DNA of 64,000 nucleotides from a virus. The notes beneath the pieces are model-generated. The model saw nothing but the letters and a program-made list of their open reading frames with translations, ran no database searches and was not told where the DNA came from. The position numbers were made by a program, and so were the translations under genes. How positions within the stretch are numbered: position 1 is the stretch's first letter; the number at the start of each line of letters is the position of its first letter. Positions 1 through 8,990 of this stretch are shown here, piece after piece. Location: IMG/VR virus record IMGVR_UViG_3300020045_011333, positions 32,001 through 96,000 of that record. The stretch is one strand, 5' to 3'.

Positions 1-101
1 ATCATAAGCGTCTTGATCTGGCTTATGCTCGGGCAGATGTATGGGATAAAAATTTGATTGTAGTGGATGAAACGAAATAATTCACAGAGAAGGAACTAGT
101 C

Positions 102-275
102 ATGCATACTGAAGCAACAATCCTCGCTTATATTGAAACTAATAAAAATGGTGTAAGCTTTTCTTACAAAGATTACGACAAGAAAATTTTGAATGCTCTT
201 GTGAAGTCTGGTAAAGTTATAAAGAGAAAATATTCAGTAAGAAATTACGATTATACGTCTTACAGACTGACATAA
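102..275 (+). CDS. Small basic hypothetical protein (57 aa, MHTEATILAY...), not in the ORF track
   Basis: ATG preceded by AAGGAA; open to TAA 273-275; followed by a terminator-like hairpin. Confidence 0.6.
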   Translation: MHTEATILAYIETNKNGVSFSYKDYDKKILNALVKSGKVIKRKYSVRNYDYTSYRLT

Positions 276-280
276 AAATT

Positions 281-303
281 AAGGAGGCGAAAGTCTTTTT
301 TTT
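281..303 (+). terminator. Probable intrinsic terminator
   Basis: AAGGAGGC-GAAA-GTCTTTTT (G:U-rich stem, GAAA loop) plus T-run, between convergent genes. Confidence 0.45.
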
Positions 304-346
304 ATTGTTCTAATTGAAAAGAGAATTAGTGGTCTGCCTGTCCCCG

Positions 347-703
347 TTAGGGGTTTTGTTCCGCAACTACAACGTTTACCGCCTCAACTTTTTTCTTATC
401 TTCTAATAGCTTCTCTGTGTCTTCATGTTCCGCGCCAATCACTTCATTCGTCATATCAGCGGCTTCTATAATCTTATCAAGCTTGAGGTGTAGCGCGATT
501 TCTCCACGTTTAGTAGATACTAGCACGGCAAGGCCAACAATCATTGTGAAGACAGATATGGAAACGTTAAGGATGGTTGAATCTAGCTGGAAGATTAGGG
601 CTAGAGCGGTTATGATGACTACAGCGATGAAAGAGATAGGCTTAGACATTAGGTCGGAAAAGGCGTTAACTGCTTTTTCTAAGTAGGAAGAGATGGTTTT
701 CAT
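347..703 (-). CDS. Low-affinity iron permease (Fet4-like) family membrane protein
   Basis: Two hydrophobic segments followed by RGEIALHLKLDKIIEA, matching the bacterial Fet4-family motif RDxxA(I/L)xxKLDELI. Confidence 0.6.
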   Translation of the reverse strand: MKTISSYLEKAVNAFSDLMSKPISFIAVVIITALALIFQLDSTILNVSISVFTMIVGLAVLVSTKRGEIALHLKLDKIIEAADMTNEVIGAEHEDTEKLLEDKKKVEAVNVVVAEQNP

Positions 704-1068
704 TTTTCGTCCTCAGGGCATTCCCAATACTCAGAATGATATTCAAAGAACCACCAATCTGTTTCACAACATCTCATCCAAGAACCTTCTGCCCCTTTAT
801 AGGGAGCTTCAATAAATGCAGCGGCTCTTATTTCTTTTGGATCTTCTAAGAGTTCTAGAGCAAGTTTATCAGATGGTAGAAAAGGTACTCTAATCATTTC
901 TACTAATTCAGTTAAAGTTACATCTTGATTAATATTTAGGTCATTATGGAAGCCAATATTGGCTTTTTTGTTTTCTAAATCAATACTATGTATTGCAATG
1001 GCATCGTTTCCATAAGGTACTTTAAACATTTTTGTTTTCTCCTGAAATATTTCTAACCGTTTTTCCAA
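700..1068 (-). CDS. Hypothetical protein (122 aa)
   Basis: ORF track; overlaps neighbours in operon fashion. Confidence 0.55.
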   Translation of the reverse strand: MEKRLEIFQEKTKMFKVPYGNDAIAIHSIDLENKKANIGFHNDLNINQDVTLTELVEMIRVPFLPSDKLALELLEDPKEIRAAAFIEAPYKGAEGSWMRCCETDWWFFEYHSEYWECPEDEK

Positions 1069-2125
1069 TCGTCTGTTCGGATAATTTAAATTTTGAAGCT
1101 AAAACTGTGTAAGTAACATCACCTTTAGCATATGCCTTTCTAATTTCATCATAAGTTTCATCATTTTCTACTTTCGCAAAAACATTATTTGATCCTGCAT
1201 TTCTTTTTACAGTATTTAACATATTTTGCTCACACTGTCGAAATTTATCTTGTTTTTTAGCATGATCCATGTTATATGTATGATCACAAGGTTCCAAATT
1301 AGATAATTCGTTATTTTTAGCGTTACCATCTATATGATTAATTAGCGGTGTCTCTGGCGATGGATATCCTTTAAAATACACATAAACTAATCTATGAGTG
1401 GACATGTGGTGAACTTTACCATTTAGAGATTTAGATACTCTAAAATACCTCTCTTTTTTACTTAAAGATGTACCTATAAAATTACCTGTAATGGTATTTA
1501 ATACTCTACCATCTTCAAATACTTTAAATTCTCCAGATTTAGCACAATTTAATATTACAGATTCACTTTCGTAATTAATTTTTGTATGTTTAGGAATAAT
1601 TACTTCTGGCATAGCTACATGTTTATAAGATTTACCTAAAACTGCTTGCATAATAGTTGATTTATTAGAATTAAATTTCTCGCAGAGTTTTTTATAAGAA
1701 TAATCTCCAGAGGCATAAATACAACGCATTTCCCATACCTGCTCATTAGTAAAATTACGGTTAGTATTTTTAGTTCCGCGAGCTACAGCGTGAGCATTAT
1801 TTTCTTGACTTGTAACTACTTCTAGATTATCAATATGATTATTAGTTCTATCACCATCTATGTGGTTAATCCATTGACGGTCTTCTGGTATAGGTCCATT
1901 ATACATTAAATAAACTAATCTATGAATAGGAAAGTTTCTGGGTTTTCCAAATTCTTTAAAATTATAAGTTACGTAATGATAACCATCTGGTTTAGGATTT
2001 TCACTTAAATACCTATTTAAAAGTTTACTAAAAACTTTACCTTCGCGAGTAACTTCATAAAGATTGGTATTACTAAATAATTCTAAAAATAATTTTTCTT
2101 TTTCTCTATTAACTGGCATTGACAT
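1022..2125 (-). CDS. Homing endonuclease with two tandem HNH domains
   Basis: Two H-R-L-V ... INHIDGxxxNNxxxNLE motifs (INHIDGDRTNNHIDNLE, INHIDGNAKNNELSNLE), each followed by an HTH-like segment. Confidence 0.85.
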   Translation of the reverse strand: MSMPVNREKEKLFLELFSNTNLYEVTREGKVFSKLLNRYLSENPKPDGYHYVTYNFKEFGKPRNFPIHRLVYLMYNGPIPEDRQWINHIDGDRTNNHIDNLEVVTSQENNAHAVARGTKNTNRNFTNEQVWEMRCIYASGDYSYKKLCEKFNSNKSTIMQAVLGKSYKHVAMPEVIIPKHTKINYESESVILNCAKSGEFKVFEDGRVLNTITGNFIGTSLSKKERYFRVSKSLNGKVHHMSTHRLVYVYFKGYPSPETPLINHIDGNAKNNELSNLEPCDHTYNMDHAKKQDKFRQCEQNMLNTVKRNAGSNNVFAKVENDETYDEIRKAYAKGDVTYTVLASKFKLSEQTIGKTVRNISGENKNV

Positions 2126-2189
2126 TTTTATTATTCTTCTTCATCATAATGTTTGTATTGTTGTATCGATACCGAGTGGTAACAACATA

Positions 2190-2218
2190 CGTATAACAGA
2201 AATTTTATAAAAAGTCAA
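2190..2218 (-). promoter_or_regulatory. Sigma70-type promoter for the HNH gene
   Basis: TTGACT-N17-TATACG on the minus strand. Confidence 0.5.
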
Positions 2219-2226
2219 GCTTTATT

Positions 2227-2388
2227 TTAATAATACATAAAATAAAAGCCCTCAGATTTCTCTAAGGGCTTGTAATTTCTTTTATACATCTTTTTAGACT
2301 TGATAACTCGTCTGCGATAAAGTTCGCTGGCTAGGTCTTTAGCCATTGGATTACGCCGTAACGGTTCCTGTTTGATTTTTTTGCTCAT
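2227..2388 (-). CDS. ArfA-like (alternative ribosome-rescue factor) small basic protein, 53 aa, not in the ORF track
   Basis: MSKKIKQEPLRRNPMAKDLASELYRRRVIKSKKMYKRNYKPLEKSEGFYFMYY; the core N-x5-L-x3-L-Y-R-x-R-V-x-K-x-K-K..Y-x-R aligns with the E. coli ArfA core as I recall it; overlaps the terL 3' end. Confidence 0.6.
   Translation of the reverse strand: MSKKIKQEPLRRNPMAKDLASELYRRRVIKSKKMYKRNYKPLEKSEGFYFMYY
2236..2271 (-). terminator. Intrinsic terminator located inside the ArfA-like ORF, before its stop codon
   Basis: AAGCCCTTAG-AGAAAT-CTGAGGGCTT (10-bp stem, one G:U) then TTATTTTAT on the minus strand. Confidence 0.75.
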
Positions 2389-4024
2389 GTTTCAATCTCT
2401 CTTCCTTTTCTTTATTTTTTCTCATCATTTCTTCTTCAATAGCTTTTTCTACAGCATTTCTACGCCATTCACTAGAAGGCGCGGACCCCGCGCCGTGGAG
2501 TTTTTGAGTGCCGCCTTTTCTAACCCTACCTCTAGCCCATTCTAAATATTGGCTTGTGGAATCCACAGCATCATCAAACTGGCCATTAGGAAAAGAAAGT
2601 ATTTCTTTTTCATAGTCTGCTACCCAATTAGCACGTTCTGGAATATGAATCAAGCCTGCTTCAAACATTGGTGCCACAGCGTCCATTCTAAATTCTTTAG
2701 AATTATTATTAGTAGAAATAGCTATAACAGGCGTAGTTGATCTACTTTGCTTTAATTGTATGTAACTTGTACCTGAACCTTTGTCTTCAACTAAAATTGC
2801 TGAAGCTCCCCAACGTTCGGCAGTTAAATCAACTTCTTTAATTAATTCTGGCAACTCTAATTTTTTTCTGACCATATCTAATAGGTAGTGATGCCCTGTA
2901 GCCGTTTCGGCCCAAGTAGTTAAAACACTAAAATCGTTGCGCTCTCCTTTTTTCTGCGCTGAGTCAACAGATAAAGTAATTCTTCTAATTTGAATAGTTT
3001 CATCTTTTCTTGGATCATTACTATATTTTTGAAACCATATTCCTCTAATTAAACCGCCTTCACCATCTAACGGCTCACCTTGATAGATAGCGCTGAATTG
3101 GTGAGTAGTCATAGAATTTCTAAGATTAATATAATGCTCTGCCGGGTAATAATCCCATACAGTTTCGTCAACTCCTTTTCTTCCAATAGGGTCGTTTTCA
3201 GGAATTCCGTCAGATAAAGCTTTTAGATTAAAATATTCATAAGGAATCATTTTTCCTTTTTTAGATTCTTCTAATAAGAATCCGATGAGATCATTTTCCG
3301 AAAATCTCGTATTTACGATCACAATAGGTGCTCTAGGAAGTAAGCGTGAGCTAAAATCTGCAAGGAACCAAGTTTTCGCGGTTTCTCTAACTTTTGGGTC
3401 TTGTGCATCATCCCAAGATGAATACAAATCGTCAATAGCACCTATTGATGCGCGAATTCCAGATATTCCGCTCCCGACGCCACGTGCCAAATACTCAGAT
3501 TTGTTAGTCATGGCCCACCGTGCACCGGCTCTAGCGTCAGCTAATAGAGCGCAATCTGGAAATATATCTTTGTATTCATCAGATGTAACATAAGCTTTAG
3601 TTTTTTTACCTAACTCACCTTCAGCAAATGTGGCATTATAACTAGCTTGAAGCCATTTTACCTTACGCCTTCCCATGGCCCAAACAGCGAATCTTCTTGA
3701 AGAGTATTCGGTTTTACCGGCTCCGGCACAAACGCTTAACGCGAGTCTTGGTATAATTCCTTCTTCTACAAGTTGCAATCTCTCACATATAATATGATGA
3801 TGGTAAGCAGGAGGTTCTTCCATATTTAAATATTCGGCAAAACAAGAATAATTATTAAAAGAGTTTTCTCTTAATTTATTTTTATATTCTGCTTCATAAT
3901 GCTCAATAAAACTTTGAATTCCAGCTAATTGTCCGTATGGATCGCTAGTCTTCGTCAACTCCGTTATAGCTGATATGTACTGGTTCGGAACTGGTTTCGG
4001 GAAGATTGATCGGAACGAGTCCAT
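2351..4024 (-). CDS. terL: Terminase large subunit (likely start at 4024, MDSF...; ORF-track start 4102)
   Basis: Walker A GAGKT, Walker B AIDD, IVNTRFSEND coupling motif, RNase H-like nuclease SVDSA...DFS, EDKGSG, DDAVDS; GGAGG SD before ATG 4024. Confidence 0.95.
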   Translation of the reverse strand: MDSFRSIFPKPVPNQYISAITELTKTSDPYGQLAGIQSFIEHYEAEYKNKLRENSFNNYSCFAEYLNMEEPPAYHHHIICERLQLVEEGIIPRLALSVCAGAGKTEYSSRRFAVWAMGRRKVKWLQASYNATFAEGELGKKTKAYVTSDEYKDIFPDCALLADARAGARWAMTNKSEYLARGVGSGISGIRASIGAIDDLYSSWDDAQDPKVRETAKTWFLADFSSRLLPRAPIVIVNTRFSENDLIGFLLEESKKGKMIPYEYFNLKALSDGIPENDPIGRKGVDETVWDYYPAEHYINLRNSMTTHQFSAIYQGEPLDGEGGLIRGIWFQKYSNDPRKDETIQIRRITLSVDSAQKKGERNDFSVLTTWAETATGHHYLLDMVRKKLELPELIKEVDLTAERWGASAILVEDKGSGTSYIQLKQSRSTTPVIAISTNNNSKEFRMDAVAPMFEAGLIHIPERANWVADYEKEILSFPNGQFDDAVDSTSQYLEWARGRVRKGGTQKLHGAGSAPSSEWRRNAVEKAIEEEMMRKNKEKEERLKHEQKNQTGTVTA

Positions 4025-4514
4025 CAATACTTCCTCCATTATTTTCAGATTTTTGATTGATGATCGAAATGAAAGTCTGGCTTCCCAAGTTAGATTTGTC
4101 ATTAGTAGGTAGCATCCTATTAGTAGTTTTTTCTTCCGGTTCGGGACGGACTTTGTTTATATCTGCCATATCTTTCAAAAGAATGGCTGCGTTTTTTAAA
4201 TCTTTTTCTTCTCTTGCAATGTTTAGAAAAGCAATGTATTCATTATTAATCCATTCCAAAGAAACAGCCGCGTCTTCAACTTTTTTCAAAGGTAAAGGCG
4301 GCGCAGTATCCATAGCACCTTTTTCAGCAGCTTTGATCTTCAACTCTTCAACTCGTGCCGCAACTGTAGGCTCACTCATTAGTTTAGAAGCATTAGCAGC
4401 GGCTGTACTATTCTTACAAGCATAGCCCGCCTCTTTATAAGCAGACATTTGAGTATAACCGGCTGCTATATATGTAGCAAATTTTTCTTGTTTTTCTATA
4501 CTAAGTCTAGCCAT
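3945..4514 (-). CDS. terS: Terminase small subunit
   Basis: N-terminal HTH KQEKFA...AYKEAGY...AAANASKL typical of TerS; directly upstream of and overlapping terL. Confidence 0.75.
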   Translation of the reverse strand: MARLSIEKQEKFATYIAAGYTQMSAYKEAGYACKNSTAAANASKLMSEPTVAARVEELKIKAAEKGAMDTAPPLPLKKVEDAAVSLEWINNEYIAFLNIAREEKDLKNAAILLKDMADINKVRPEPEEKTTNRMLPTNDKSNLGSQTFISIINQKSENNGGSIDGLVPINLPETSSEPVHISYNGVDED

Positions 4515-4782
4515 CGCAGTACTTCACCAAGTCATTGTTTTCCAAGTAACTGCAATACTCATTAGTATAATCCAGTTGTATTCTATATGTTTCTATTACT
4601 AGGAAGGTTGCATCATCTATTGCTTTGGATCTTCCAACAATTTCCGAGCTATGAGCATAAATCATTCTGGTATGTGCATTCCTGTGATTTTCATGCGCCA
4701 AGCTTAAATCCATAAGAATAGCTTTTATATCGGCTCGATATTTCTCAGGAAACCTATTAATATCTGTAATGATTAAAGTCAT
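4507..4782 (-). CDS. Hypothetical protein (91 aa)
   Basis: ORF track; abuts neighbours. Confidence 0.55.
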   Translation of the reverse strand: MTLIITDINRFPEKYRADIKAILMDLSLAHENHRNAHTRMIYAHSSEIVGRSKAIDDATFLVIETYRIQLDYTNEYCSYLENNDLVKYCDG

Positions 4783-5306
4783 GCTAAGTCGCCAATCAAT
4801 GTAAACTGTTTTTCTAACTTATAGCCTAGGTTGCAGAAGCCATAAAATGCAATCAAAACTGCTTCAGCGCGACCATCATCCATTTTCCTAGCCCAAGCCT
4901 TAGAACATTGTGGAAAATACTGAGACGCCCTGTAACGAGCCGCGTCTTTTTCTGCTGGGATTTTAAGTTCTGATTTCCATTTCTGAGGGCGAACTTGGGT
5001 AACAGGAACTCTTAATCCGGCACAACAGCCTAGAATAGCTCCGAATCTACTTCCGAATGAGAATGAGGATACTACACCTTCTCCGGGTCTTGCATTGACT
5101 TCTTCAACGTATAGGTGAAAAATTTTTTCATCATCTAATATATTAGCCATACCGGAATGATCTAAAACAGTTTTCTTTTTTACGCCTGTTTTAATTTCAA
5201 ATGTTGGCATATCAAAAATTTCTATGGTATAATTAACAGGATCAAGCTTAGCGAACGCTCCTTTAGCTCCGGGGTCTGCTCCGCAGATAATTGTACTTTC
5301 ACCCAT
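4779..5306 (-). CDS. RuvC-like Holliday junction resolvase
   Basis: GADPGAKGA, LYVEEV, SFSFG, PQKWK, DDGRAEAVLIA motifs of the phage RuvC-like family. Confidence 0.85.
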   Translation of the reverse strand: MGESTIICGADPGAKGAFAKLDPVNYTIEIFDMPTFEIKTGVKKKTVLDHSGMANILDDEKIFHLYVEEVNARPGEGVVSSFSFGSRFGAILGCCAGLRVPVTQVRPQKWKSELKIPAEKDAARYRASQYFPQCSKAWARKMDDGRAEAVLIAFYGFCNLGYKLEKQFTLIGDLA

Positions 5307-6012
5307 TTTTAAAACTTTCTAATAACGCAGGGTTGCCCCAAATCTCATCGATTTCAGCTTGACCTCTGATTTGAGATTCTACAGCGTCTTCTATATTTTT
5401 CTCATATGAGTAATGTTCATATTTACCATTGACATAAACTCTAACAACGTATAAGTTTTTAAGTTTAAACTCATACACGCCTTTGTGATTTGTTTCGCGC
5501 TCTTCGCTATTATTTTGGGCGCTGGCTTTAGTGATATAGGCGTGGAGGTTGTAATGGTTCAGTTGAGTTTCGGCCCAATTCACAGCATCTTTTTTATGTT
5601 TTTTACGAGTACCTTTATAAAGATGAGGGTAGTGCCAAATCTTTACGCCCCAATACTTTCCTTCTTTCCTAACTAGATAGTTTCCTAATCGCTTTGTATT
5701 GAGTGAGGAAGCGTATACCAGATTATCTCGGCTCAGGTTCTTCAGATTGCCGTCTATCGCTTCAATAGGCTCTTTGGGCCAATGACCATACATAAGGAGC
5801 CAAGCCAAGTGGTGTCCCTGAATATTAGTCCTATTAAAACAAGTTACCAGAGTATCTTTATCGGGGAAATCGGAGCGCTTCACAACTTTCCAACCACCAG
5901 CGCCATGATAGCGATAAATTTTACCCGTCTCTTCCTCGTAACGAAACTTGGTCTTTAGTATCCTAATATCGACATCGGGATACATGTTAGAAAAATTATA
6001 AACCCGGCCCAT
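5299..6012 (-). CDS. HNH/AP2-type endonuclease-like protein with degenerate HNH motif
   Basis: FRYEEETGKIY, HHLAWLLMYG..P, IEAIDGNLKNL (His replaced), two AP2-like C-terminal segments. Confidence 0.65.
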   Translation of the reverse strand: MGRVYNFSNMYPDVDIRILKTKFRYEEETGKIYRYHGAGGWKVVKRSDFPDKDTLVTCFNRTNIQGHHLAWLLMYGHWPKEPIEAIDGNLKNLSRDNLVYASSLNTKRLGNYLVRKEGKYWGVKIWHYPHLYKGTRKKHKKDAVNWAETQLNHYNLHAYITKASAQNNSEERETNHKGVYEFKLKNLYVVRVYVNGKYEHYSYEKNIEDAVESQIRGQAEIDEIWGNPALLESFKNG

Positions 6013-6214
6013 TATTTTCAGTCTTTTTTACGATATTAGAAAATTCTAATACATTGATTTTATCTTTTAAAAATTGAACTTCGACATAAAGGTCTTCGAC
6101 AATCTTTTTTAAAGTTTCAAGATTTCGATTAGACCTATTGATTTTGTTTTCCAAATCTTCTAGATCAGAAGAAACAGACTTATTATCTTCATAGCCGGAA
6201 GGAAAGGGAAGCAT
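5996..6214 (-). CDS. Hypothetical coiled-coil protein (72 aa)
   Basis: ORF track; heptad pattern. Confidence 0.5.
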   Translation of the reverse strand: MLPFPSGYEDNKSVSSDLEDLENKINRSNRNLETLKKIVEDLYVEVQFLKDKINVLEFSNIVKKTENNGPGL

Positions 6215-6450
6215 TAGTTATAATTCCTATATGTCCCGGTGCTATAAGGATGAAGAATATCTGCCAATTTATCAACAAGTTCATCGGTCCACAAATCATC
6301 TATGAACTTGATGTCACAGCCCATGACCTCTAACTGTGAGTCAACAAGATTCATAAAATCAACAACAATTTGATTGACTTCTTCATAGTCCATAACTTTA
6401 GTCATCAGAATTATTTCTATTGTAGTTTTCAATAACAGTATCTTGTTCAA
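6214..6450 (-). CDS. Hypothetical protein (78 aa)
   Basis: ORF track; 1-nt overlap with the next gene. Confidence 0.5.
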   Translation of the reverse strand: MNKILLLKTTIEIILMTKVMDYEEVNQIVVDFMNLVDSQLEVMGCDIKFIDDLWTDELVDKLADILHPYSTGTYRNYN

Positions 6451-6558
6451 TTAGTTCTTCGTTAAGCACGTCTACCACGCCCTCAAGACGTGTAATCTCA
6501 GTAATGAGAAGACGAATAATATCAGCTTCTGCTACTGCATTTTCTGGTAAAATAAATT

Positions 6559-7089
6559 TCATTTCTCTAATCCTTCGATTCGGGATTTGATTTCAGCAAG
6601 CTCTTCTTCTAATTCTCTATTTATGACTTCTAAATTACTAAGTTCTAGTTGGGTGAAGAAATGTTCATCGCTGATACTTCTAATGTGCTGGTTAGAATTA
6701 TTAATTTGAGCTTCTAATTGCTTAATTTTTAGTTTGAGTTCACTATTTTCTTCTTGTAGTTTACTAATTTCTAAATAATCTTTTTCATCTGATTGTGTAC
6801 CGTCATCTATTTTGGCTGTATCAAAAGTTCCTAGTTCAGCTTCTCTAAGTCCTAATTCGTAAGTCCCTAATGAGGTAGTTACTGATTCATCCGTTTCTTC
6901 TGTCATAGTTTTCTCGTTTCTACTGACTATTTTATAGCTCTGACTGACTGAATTACTAATTTCTACTATTTTATCTAAATAATTTTTATTTAAAGTTCTT
7001 AAGTACTGATTCTCTTTTTCTAATTGCTTTACTTCATAATTTAAACTATCTATTGTTCTATGGAGGTGTTCTTCATATATTTCGCCCAT
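6559..7089 (-). CDS. Acidic coiled-coil hypothetical protein (176 aa)
   Basis: ORF track; long heptad-like Glu/Leu/Lys stretches. Confidence 0.6.
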   Translation of the reverse strand: MGEIYEEHLHRTIDSLNYEVKQLEKENQYLRTLNKNYLDKIVEISNSVSQSYKIVSRNEKTMTEETDESVTTSLGTYELGLREAELGTFDTAKIDDGTQSDEKDYLEISKLQEENSELKLKIKQLEAQINNSNQHIRSISDEHFFTQLELSNLEVINRELEEELAEIKSRIEGLEK

Positions 7090-7270
7090 TTATAATTACT
7101 ACTTTCACTTTACTAGTTCTAAATTTTTCGGCGGGACCGTGCGTTAGCACGGTGTTACCTGTTCAACTACTTTTATCCAATAATTTCTAATTTACTATGT
7201 TCAAGTTTCTAATCCGTAATTACCCATCCTAGCATATGTTTTCTCGTTTGTCAAGTTTTATTTAATTTGG

Positions 7271-7489
7271 TTATGGATTAGCAGCGTTAAACTCATATTC
7301 TCTTTGAGAGATGATAGCTAAATTCTCGGTTAATATCTTATATTTAACCTGTTTAGGAATCGTGGTTCCATTTTTCATGAAATGCACTTCAATTTTCTTA
7401 TCATGAGCCGGGGAGTAAGCGAGGATATTGTAAATACCTACTGTGCCTGCGGGTAGGCTTTCATGGTCGTTTAGGAGTTGAACAAACAC
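7271..7489 (-). CDS. Hypothetical protein (72 aa)
   Basis: ORF track; AAGGAA upstream of a GTG start. Confidence 0.5.
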   Translation of the reverse strand: MFVQLLNDHESLPAGTVGIYNILAYSPAHDKKIEVHFMKNGTTIPKQVKYKILTENLAIISQREYEFNAANP

Positions 7490-7523
7490 TTTCTTTTTCC
7501 TTATTTATGAGAAAGAAATTTAA

Positions 7524-8366
7524 TTATCTCTTTCTGTTAGATTTAATTTCAATTGGGGATTTAAATTTAACTTTATTGTTTTCTGGCGTGATAACTATTT
7601 TTCTGATACGATTATTTACAAAATTATTATCTCCATAGAATTCACAATCTTGGAAATATGTGTTAAGTAAATAAGCACCTTCAAAATCACAGTCAGAAAA
7701 AGTGCAATAAAGAAATCTACACTTAGTGAAATTAGTAGATTCAAAGCTAGTATTCTTAAAATCACAATGGAGGAAAACAGACATACTTAGATTATCTTTA
7801 TCATAAGATTCACTCGTGTATTCTCGCTCTACTGACGCATCTTCTAATTTATATCCAGCGTTATAGAATATAGTTTTGAATTGTTTTCTTTTGAATTTTT
7901 CTTTCTCATTAGTTGTTTCGAAAAACTCCCCGGTCCAATAACAAACTGTTCTAAATTTATCTAATCTCTCGACAGGTTTTTTATGGCTTAATATTCTATG
8001 TTCGGCGCAGCAAAATTTTTGGTCATGGCGTGACTTTGTGAATTCTTCTAGGCATTCTTTATATTCACAAATACTAATTTTGTATTTTGACTTACGGCTT
8101 ACACGATTCGTGGCAGTCCTATGTCTTCTGCTATAAGCCATGGCGTGAGCGGGGCAGCAAAAATTAGCGGGCTTATAAATTTTCTCTCCCTGATTAATAG
8201 GTTTATCACATTCAGGCAGTTGACAAACTTCTGGTACGAATTTAAACTTACTCATCCTGTTATAATGAGCCGTCCTATGCTCGATGCAGCAAAACTTAGC
8301 ATTGCTTCGATCCGCGATGAAGTTTTTGGAGCATGGTGCGTATTGGCATTTTCTTGTAATCTGCAT
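7524..8366 (-). CDS. Protein with three Cys/His Zn-binding repeats and C-terminal pentapeptide repeats (likely start 8366, MQITRK)
   Basis: C-x4-C...FCC-x2-H three times; then FLHCD/FKNTS/FESTN/FTKCR/FLYCT/FSDCD/FEGAY pentapeptides; AGGA SD; the ORF-track start lies inside the promoter. Confidence 0.7.
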   Translation of the reverse strand: MQITRKCQYAPCSKNFIADRSNAKFCCIEHRTAHYNRMSKFKFVPEVCQLPECDKPINQGEKIYKPANFCCPAHAMAYSRRHRTATNRVSRKSKYKISICEYKECLEEFTKSRHDQKFCCAEHRILSHKKPVERLDKFRTVCYWTGEFFETTNEKEKFKRKQFKTIFYNAGYKLEDASVEREYTSESYDKDNLSMSVFLHCDFKNTSFESTNFTKCRFLYCTFSDCDFEGAYLLNTYFQDCEFYGDNNFVNNRIRKIVITPENNKVKFKSPIEIKSNRKR

Positions 8367-8398
8367 ATCAATTCCTATAAATTCTGTATCAGGAACGA

Positions 8399-8427
8399 AT
8401 TGTAACACTAGTTTCCAAATTTGTCAA
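8399..8427 (-). promoter_or_regulatory. Sigma70 promoter heading the minus-strand block
   Basis: TTGACA-N17-TACAAT on the minus strand. Confidence 0.75.
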
Positions 8428-8990
8428 GTATTTTTCTTATCATTTTGTATTTATCTTATAACTACTTGAAAACGCTCACTATTTTGATTGTACTCATCAA
8501 ACTAAACGTTAATTATTGTAACTCATAGATTTTTGTAAAAGTATCAGAAAAACCACCCCCTAATTTTTGAAGCGTCAAAATAGATAGGCATCAAAATATT
8601 GCTACAAAATGAACCAATTTTCTTTTTAAAACTTGTTGTTTATATCTAAGTTACTGAACAACATAGATAATTTCTTTAAAGATTGTCATATTAAATGTTA
8701 TATGTTTAGGTGCATTGAATCAGTTTTAAAAGTGTGTCGTTTTTCTTTTATCATTACAACTGAGTGTCTGCAATGAACTTTTAATTTTATTTATTCTTCT
8801 TTATTTATATAATAAAAACAATATCTTACTAATAATAAACTCTTTTTAAAAAGAAAATGGGTTCATTTGCTGGCAAACCAAAGTAGTACTTTTTACGGTA
8901 TTTTTGAAAATGCTTCAAGAAAAAGGTTGTAACAATTTTTATGACAACCTTTAAGAAAAACAACAGCACAGAAAAAACATTGAGTGTGAG

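Noticed and set aside
1022-4024. Group I intron or intein in terL associated with the HNH gene
   Set aside because: terL is continuous with all motifs; the HNH gene is free-standing behind its own promoter
7524-7800. Qnr quinolone-resistance gene
   Set aside because: Only about ten pentapeptides fused to Zn repeats; too short and architecturally unlike Qnr
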